In this document: in pieces, positions 59,199 through 64,000 of the stretch
Layout of the letters: every line of letters begins with the position of its first letter
How positions within the stretch are numbered: position 1 is the stretch's first letter
Assembly: GCA_027491355.1 (NCBI GenBank)
Contig: JAIXWI010000006.1
Coordinates: forward strand, 318 to 64,317
From: Bacteroidota bacterium
GTDB taxonomy: Bacteria; Bacteroidota; Bacteroidia; UKL13-3
Reading direction: 5' to 3'
Length of the DNA stretch: 64,000 nt
Translations under genes and position numbers: made by a program
Notes under the pieces: generated by a model
What the model was told of the DNA's origin: nothing
Databases searched by the model: none
The model's input: only the letters and a program-made list of their open reading frames with translations

Positions 59199-59975
59199 AT
59201 GAATCGTATATACAAAAGATTGGAAGTTTATGTGCTGTATTTTTACGAATACCTTAGGTATGGAGAATTCGCTTCTTTGTACCAGGCCTTCGTGTTTATT
59301 TTTACAGGAAAAACTTCCACAAAACAAAAAGTTGTTAGGTCAAGCATGGGACAATTTTTGGTTAGAGCCAAGACTTTAGACTTCCAGTACATCAATTATG
59401 CTTATGAGATAGATATCAAGCGATTTTTAATGCGTGAACAGTTTGATGTTTTTTTGGATATTGGTGCTTGTTTGGGTGAATATTCTATTTGGCTGGGCAA
59501 AAATGGTAAAAAATGTTTGGCTTTTGAACCTGTAGTAGAGAGCTTTCAGATGATTGAGCACAATATTCAATTGAACAATGTTTCAAATCAAGTACAAGCG
59601 TTCAATTATGGTTTGGGCAATCAAAATACCATTGCAAACTTTAAAATTAACCAAACCAATCCAGGAGCGAGTAAAAGAGTAAAAGACAAAGATAGCAATA
59701 CATCTGAATTACAAATTTGTAAGTTAGATGATGTTTTTGAGCAATTCAATATCTATCCAGATCAGCGTATCGTCATTAAAATTGATGTTGAAGGAATGGA
59801 AGTTGAAATGTTAGAAGGCGCCAAGAATTTTATCAAAAAGTATCCGCAAATAGTACTCATCATTGAGGAAAAACTATCGGGTGAAGGCGAAATTTTAAAT
59901 GTATTGAACCAAATCAGTAAGTTTGAATATGGAACCATTGACCAATTCAATATTTACGCCAGAAAACTAGCTTAA
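59199..59975 (+). CDS. FkbM family methyltransferase
   Basis: 258 aa with LDIGACLGEYSIWL SAM-binding motif. Confidence 0.8.
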   Translation: MNRIYKRLEVYVLYFYEYLRYGEFASLYQAFVFIFTGKTSTKQKVVRSSMGQFLVRAKTLDFQYINYAYEIDIKRFLMREQFDVFLDIGACLGEYSIWLGKNGKKCLAFEPVVESFQMIEHNIQLNNVSNQVQAFNYGLGNQNTIANFKINQTNPGASKRVKDKDSNTSELQICKLDDVFEQFNIYPDQRIVIKIDVEGMEVEMLEGAKNFIKKYPQIVLIIEEKLSGEGEILNVLNQISKFEYGTIDQFNIYARKLA

Positions 59976-60592
59976 TGTACTTGTTTTTTTTTCTCTTTTA
60001 GCCAGTTTCTAATAATTGGAATGGATGTTACCAAAATAAAACCAATTACAATCCAATCTAAATAATTTTGGGCTTCAGGAAAGAACTTAGCAGTATAGTA
60101 GCCACCTGAAACAATGCTCAAAGGCCAAAAAACTGCGCCTAATACATTGTAAAAAGTAAACATCAGTGGATTTACTTTTACAACACCCGCTAAAATTGGA
60201 GCAAAGGTTCTTACAATAGGTAAAAAGCGTCCCATGACCAATGCCAAGCCACCATATTTTTTGTAAAAACGCTCTGCAGTTTCAATGTATTTCTTTTTAA
60301 AAAACAATGTGTCGGGTTTATTATACAATGTTTGACCTGTTTTGATGCCGAACAAGTAACCAGCATAATAGCCAAGCAATGCTGCAACACTGATACCTGC
60401 AATTAACTCGGTTAAAGGTATACTCAGAATATTAAGATAGCAGAGTAAACCCGCAGTAAATAAGAGGGAGTCACCAGGTAGAAAAAAACCAAAAAAGATT
60501 CCATTTTCTAAAAAAACAATTGTTAAGAGCAAAAACTTGCCGCCATAACGAATGAGTTCTTCAGGTTTAAAAATGTCCCAGATACTTTCCAA
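59972..60592 (-). CDS. DedA/VTT family membrane protein
   Basis: 206 aa (FLENGIFFGFFLPGDSLLFTAGLL). Confidence 0.8.
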   Translation of the reverse strand: MESIWDIFKPEELIRYGGKFLLLTIVFLENGIFFGFFLPGDSLLFTAGLLCYLNILSIPLTELIAGISVAALLGYYAGYLFGIKTGQTLYNKPDTLFFKKKYIETAERFYKKYGGLALVMGRFLPIVRTFAPILAGVVKVNPLMFTFYNVLGAVFWPLSIVSGGYYTAKFFPEAQNYLDWIVIGFILVTSIPIIRNWLKEKKKQVH

Positions 60593-60659
60593 GTTTTAGC
60601 AATTAATGCTACGATATAGTCAGATTTTTTGGTTAAAACAAATCAGGAAGCTCTTGTGC

Positions 60660-61166
60660 TTATTTAAAACCGATTGAATTTTTGCCTTTTTCTACTTTTT
60701 CGGCTTTTATCAGAACTTCTTCTTTCATTTTGGTTTTGTAAGCATCCATTTTATCTGCAAGATTGCTATTTGAAGTGCCTAAAATTTGAATGGCCAATAA
60801 ACCAGCATTTTTTGCATTGTTGATGGCAACTGTAGCAACAGGCACACCACCTGGCATTTGAACAATTGAAAGCAATGAGTCTAGACCCGATAAAGTTTTT
60901 AATTGAACAGGCACACCAATAACAGGTAAACTGGTACATGCAGCAACCATTCCTGGCAAATGTGCAGCACCACCAGCGCCAGCAATGATGACTTTTATTC
61001 CTCTCTGTCTTGCAGAATTGGCATATTCAAACATTCTTTCAGGAGTTCTGTGCGCAGAAACCACCGTCATTTCGAAGTCAATTCCGAAATCTTTCAAAAC
61101 TATGGCGGCCTCATTCATGACCTCCAAGTCACTATCAGAACCCATGATAATTCCTATCTCTTTCAT
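60660..61166 (-). CDS. purE: 5-(carboxyamino)imidazole ribonucleotide mutase
   Basis: 168 aa ([11 protein letters not shown]...VSAHRTPE...[13 protein letters not shown]). Confidence 0.9.
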   Translation of the reverse strand: MKEIGIIMGSDSDLEVMNEAAIVLKDFGIDFEMTVVSAHRTPERMFEYANSARQRGIKVIIAGAGGAAHLPGMVAACTSLPVIGVPVQLKTLSGLDSLLSIVQMPGGVPVATVAINNAKNAGLLAIQILGTSNSNLADKMDAYKTKMKEEVLIKAEKVEKGKNSIGFK

Positions 61167-61206
61167 GAAAGATATTTTATATGATTTTGGTTCAATAATT
61201 TAAGGC

Positions 61207-61557
61207 TTATGCCTCTTCTTCTTCAGTTCTTTCAATACCTTCCATTAAATCTCGGATTTCTCTGAGTTCTTCTTGGTTGTATTTGTTGCCAAAATCGGCC
61301 AATAAATCTAGAAAGTATTCTAAGTTAGCTTTACTGTCTTCTTCCTCTAAAAACAAGAAACTATAGCTACCATTGTTTTCAATGTCTTCATAAGCCAAAC
61401 GAATCATTTTAACCAAACCTGGTTCTTTTAAATGGTCTTTGAAGTAAGTTCTTAACTCTTTGAGCAAATCAACAACATTTGATTGGTCTTCATTGCTTTT
61501 GCTTAGTTCTTTTTTAATTTTTGAAATAATTTCTTTCATGTGATGGGAATTATACAT
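61207..61557 (-). CDS. hypothetical acidic protein
   Basis: 116 aa, Glu/Asp-rich with C-terminal EEEEA. No recognisable motif. Confidence 0.5.
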   Translation of the reverse strand: MYNSHHMKEIISKIKKELSKSNEDQSNVVDLLKELRTYFKDHLKEPGLVKMIRLAYEDIENNGSYSFLFLEEEDSKANLEYFLDLLADFGNKYNQEELREIRDLMEGIERTEEEEA

Positions 61558-61979
61558 TGCAAAATTAAGTTTTTTGCGCGCTTAAAAGGAATAATATTTT
61601 AAAATATGAAAAATGGTGTCTAGACAATGCGCTTATTGGGCATAGCCAATTTGTTTATGCATATGGCTTGGTGCGGACATTGCAATTTTAAACATGGAGT
61701 TTGGAGTAAACAAATTGTTTACATGGAATTGTCTTAGTCAGTTGGTTAATTACTTTAGTTAAATATACTTTTCAAGTACCTTCAAACAAATTAGAATACA
61801 TTTAAAATGGAGTACCGTTTACAGTTATTGAGCTAAAGACCATTCAAGTGGTACTTTCTTTCTGACTATTTGTTTGAGTATATGTCTTAGATATCAAAGA
61901 AACCTTACAGATTAAACAGCCAATAAGTTTTCTATTTGTTCATTTAGTTGCTTGGATAATTTTGAGGAAATAAATAAAA

Positions 61980-61997
61980 AAACCCGTTTCCGGGTTT
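61980..61997 (-). terminator. intrinsic terminator downstream of gcvH (AAACCCG-TTTC-CGGGTTT with flanking A/T runs; potentially bidirectional)
   Basis: Perfect 7-bp GC-rich stem. On the minus strand it is followed by a TTTTTTTATTTATTT run, 8 bp after the gcvH stop. Confidence 0.6.
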
Positions 61998-62004
61998 TAA
62001 TGTA

Positions 62005-62385
62005 TTATGCTCCAATTAAAGATTTATAAGCTTCAACGCTCATCAGTCCGGCAATCTCATCTTGGTTGCCAATTTTAACTTTGATCATCCAACCATTTTC
62101 ATATGGTTCACTGTTTACCAATTCAGGTGAACCATCCAATTGTGGGTTTATCTCCATCACCTCGCCAGTTAAAGGCATGAATAAGTCACTAACAGTTTTT
62201 ACGGCTTCAACAGTTCCGAATACATCGTGTTGACCAACTGTTTTACCTTTACTGTCAATATCAACATAAACAATATCACCCAATTCTTTTTGGGCAAAAT
62301 CAGTAATACCAACAGTAGCAACATCACCATCAACACGAACCCATTCGTGGTCTTTGGTATAATAGAGATTTTCAGGTAAATTCAT
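62005..62385 (-). CDS. gcvH: glycine cleavage system H protein
   Basis: Start refined to ATG 62385 (MNLPENLYYTKDHEWV). Lipoyl-lysine context VEAVKTVSDL. Confidence 0.9.
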   Translation of the reverse strand: MNLPENLYYTKDHEWVRVDGDVATVGITDFAQKELGDIVYVDIDSKGKTVGQHDVFGTVEAVKTVSDLFMPLTGEVMEINPQLDGSPELVNSEPYENGWMIKVKIGNQDEIAGLMSVEAYKSLIGA

Positions 62386-62464
62386 TTTTGCGATTAATTT
62401 ATTTGCACGCAATTTAAGTTTTATCAGTCAATAAAAAAACGGCAATCGTTGCACTTGGCAATAA

Positions 62465-63154
62465 TTACCCGAGTGTTTTTTTGGAAAAAACAGCCTCCAT
62501 AACAGTTATTGGAATTAGCAAGCAGCTGAGCGCATAAATAAAATCTTCAATAGGGATAGTAATGAAACGGATACCTATAATGTCTTCAGAACTGTACCAA
62601 ACAATAGGATTGGGTGTGATTGCGCCTGTTAATACACCATTAATGATAATAAAAGGCAACAAATGGACTAAATATGCTATCCAAAAATAAGCCATGTACG
62701 CTTTCTTGAAATAAAACTGATGGGATGCCAACAAAACAAAAGCAATGCTTGTATTCACCAGGGTGTAAGTTTTGTCATTGAAAAAAAACAATGCTATTAA
62801 ACATAAAAACAGTCCCATATAGTTGAAAACACTTACCCAATTTTTACTCATCCCATTTTTAAGATATACCTTCAAACAAGCATAAATAAATACACTTGCA
62901 TAAGGCACAACAATAAAGAAACTAAATTCCTCAATGGGCAAACCCCAAAACTTCAAAGAAGAGGAGTAATCAGGGTTAAATCCCCAAATTTTTTGTTGCG
63001 TAAACCAAATGTCCCAAATTATAAATAACAAAGCGTTTGATAAAATACCAAAGGACAATGCTTTCCATTGCTTGTAAAAGGCCACTTTTTTATCAAATGA
63101 CAATGCAAGAGGACCTGCAATAGAAAGTAACATCAGCCAAGCATATAGCGTCAT
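62465..63154 (-). CDS. lycopene cyclase domain protein (fused CrtYc/CrtYd heterodimeric-type lycopene beta-cyclase)
   Basis: 229 aa polytopic protein with two PxE(E/D)F motifs (LPIEEFSFF, IPIEDFIYA). Its start overlaps the crtZ stop by 1 nt. Confidence 0.8.
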   Translation of the reverse strand: MTLYAWLMLLSIAGPLALSFDKKVAFYKQWKALSFGILSNALLFIIWDIWFTQQKIWGFNPDYSSSLKFWGLPIEEFSFFIVVPYASVFIYACLKVYLKNGMSKNWVSVFNYMGLFLCLIALFFFNDKTYTLVNTSIAFVLLASHQFYFKKAYMAYFWIAYLVHLLPFIIINGVLTGAITPNPIVWYSSEDIIGIRFITIPIEDFIYALSCLLIPITVMEAVFSKKTLG

Positions 63155-63612
63155 TAGTTTGAACTGTTAGGGTTTTTCCAATATTTGAGAGGAACAATGA
63201 GCATTCCAAAATTTTCACCTTGTTCTTTTTGCAGGTGCTTGTGGTGAATTTTATGTGCCCGTCTTATTGCTTTGATATACCTATTGTTTGAATGGGTAAA
63301 ATATTTAAATCGTTGGTGAATGATGATTTCATGTACAATAAAATAGGCCAATCCATACAGTGAAATGCCAATACCAATGTAAAATCTGAAATCATGGTAC
63401 ATGCTACCTGTAATGTAACAATAGGCACTTGGTATGGCAAAAATTAAAAAGAAGGCATCATTTTTTTCAAAAAAACCAGGTTCCACCTGATGGTGGTCTT
63501 TGTGTAAATACCATAACAAGCCATGCATGATATATTTATGAGTGAACCATGCAACAAATTCCATTGCAATAAAAGTAAATAAGACAACCAGTAAATTCAT
63601 CATAAAAAACAA
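63154..63612 (-). CDS. crtZ: beta-carotene hydroxylase
   Basis: 152 aa sterol-desaturase-family protein with histidine boxes HKYIMH, HKDHH, HKIHHKH. Confidence 0.85.
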   Translation of the reverse strand: MFFMMNLLVVLFTFIAMEFVAWFTHKYIMHGLLWYLHKDHHQVEPGFFEKNDAFFLIFAIPSAYCYITGSMYHDFRFYIGIGISLYGLAYFIVHEIIIHQRFKYFTHSNNRYIKAIRRAHKIHHKHLQKEQGENFGMLIVPLKYWKNPNSSN

Positions 63613-63641
63613 ACAAGTTAATAGAAAAAATGTTTCCTAAG

Positions 63642-64000
63642 TTACAAATTTAGGCTAACAAAAAAGAGCAATTGAAGCAAGTATAAAAAAGTAGCATACT
63701 TGCTTTTGTTGTGCAGTTGTTGTTGTACAATCCAATAACAAAAAACAAAACCAAAAAAGAACCAAGCAGTATAATTTTGAAGCGGAATGATTCCCCCGTC
63801 CCATTCCCAGAAACCAAGTATTGGAGCGATGGGTTCAATAAACACATCAGTTAATACCATTAATAAGCCTCCTAAAATAGAGGCAATCAACTGATTCAAT
63901 TTAATTTTGAATTTTTGTGCGAACCATTCTACTACACTGATACTTGAAAAACTAACCAAAACCCAATTCACACCAATTAATATTGGTGTTTCCAATAATT
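63642..64000 (-). CDS. polytopic membrane protein, partial (runs off window end); possibly a carotenoid-modifying membrane protein (CruF/DUF422-like)
   Basis: 117+ aa from the tool ORF, whose TTG start lies 5 nt from the window edge, so the true N-terminus is probably outside the window. Hydrophobic helices with LTDVFIEPIAPILGFWEWDGG. Adjacent to crtZ and the lycopene cyclase gene. Family assignment is from memory and weak. Confidence 0.45.
   Translation of the reverse strand, partial: LLETPILIGVNWVLVSFSSISVVEWFAQKFKIKLNQLIASILGGLLMVLTDVFIEPIAPILGFWEWDGGIIPLQNYTAWFFFGFVFCYWIVQQQLHNKSKYATFLYLLQLLFFVSLNL

Noticed and set aside
59130-59327. 65-aa minus-strand ORF between rsmI and the FkbM gene
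   Set aside because: It lies in the divergent promoter region and overlaps the FkbM start. It is AT-rich and low-complexity, so it is probably not coding.
1-64000. CRISPR array, cas genes, transposase or integrase
   Set aside because: The window has no array of regularly spaced short repeats. No ORF carries recombinase, transposase or Cas signatures. The only extended repeats are the 98-bp tandem repeat and the 26-bp direct repeats near tRNA-Phe.

Overview
This 64 kb window is low-GC and looks like Bacteroidetes (Flavobacteriia/Sphingobacteriia-like) chromosomal DNA: T9SS C-terminal sorting domains, a TAnnTTTG-type -7 promoter box, and a carotenoid gene set. It is densely coding on both strands. 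Most of it is core metabolism and housekeeping: an HdrDE/DsrMK-like Fe-S oxidoreductase pair with an outer-membrane protein, a carotenoid operon (crtD-like, crtI, crtB, unknown ORF, idi), purQ, tandem secreted amidohydrolases, paaABC with a TetR regulator, ppiD, recR, suhB, dxs, usp, a crotonase, ridA, xthA, peptidases, a Crp/Fnr regulator with an ABC exporter, a lipoprotein-SCO1-cytochrome c cluster, a hybrid two-component pair, hrpB, prfC, asd, an LTD/T9SS giant surface protein, lnt, rsmI, purE, gcvH, and a second carotenoid block (fused lycopene cyclase, crtZ, partial membrane gene). The accessory-looking part is the first ~3.5 kb, beside a tRNA-Phe(GAA) gene. It holds a Fic-family gene (non-canonical HxFxEGNTR motif, C-terminal wHTH, internal 12-bp repeats) followed by a DUF433 gene, bracketed by two ~26-bp direct repeats. 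Next to it is a highly structured ORF-free region with a 98-bp tandem repeat, nested palindromes and a plus-strand intrinsic terminator (candidate sRNA or att remnant). A second notable unit is a tightly coupled minus-strand operon: DEAD-box helicase, MAPR/cyt-b5-like protein, two rhodaneses, thioredoxin and a rhodanese-thioredoxin lipoprotein. No CRISPR array, transposase or integrase was seen inside the window.
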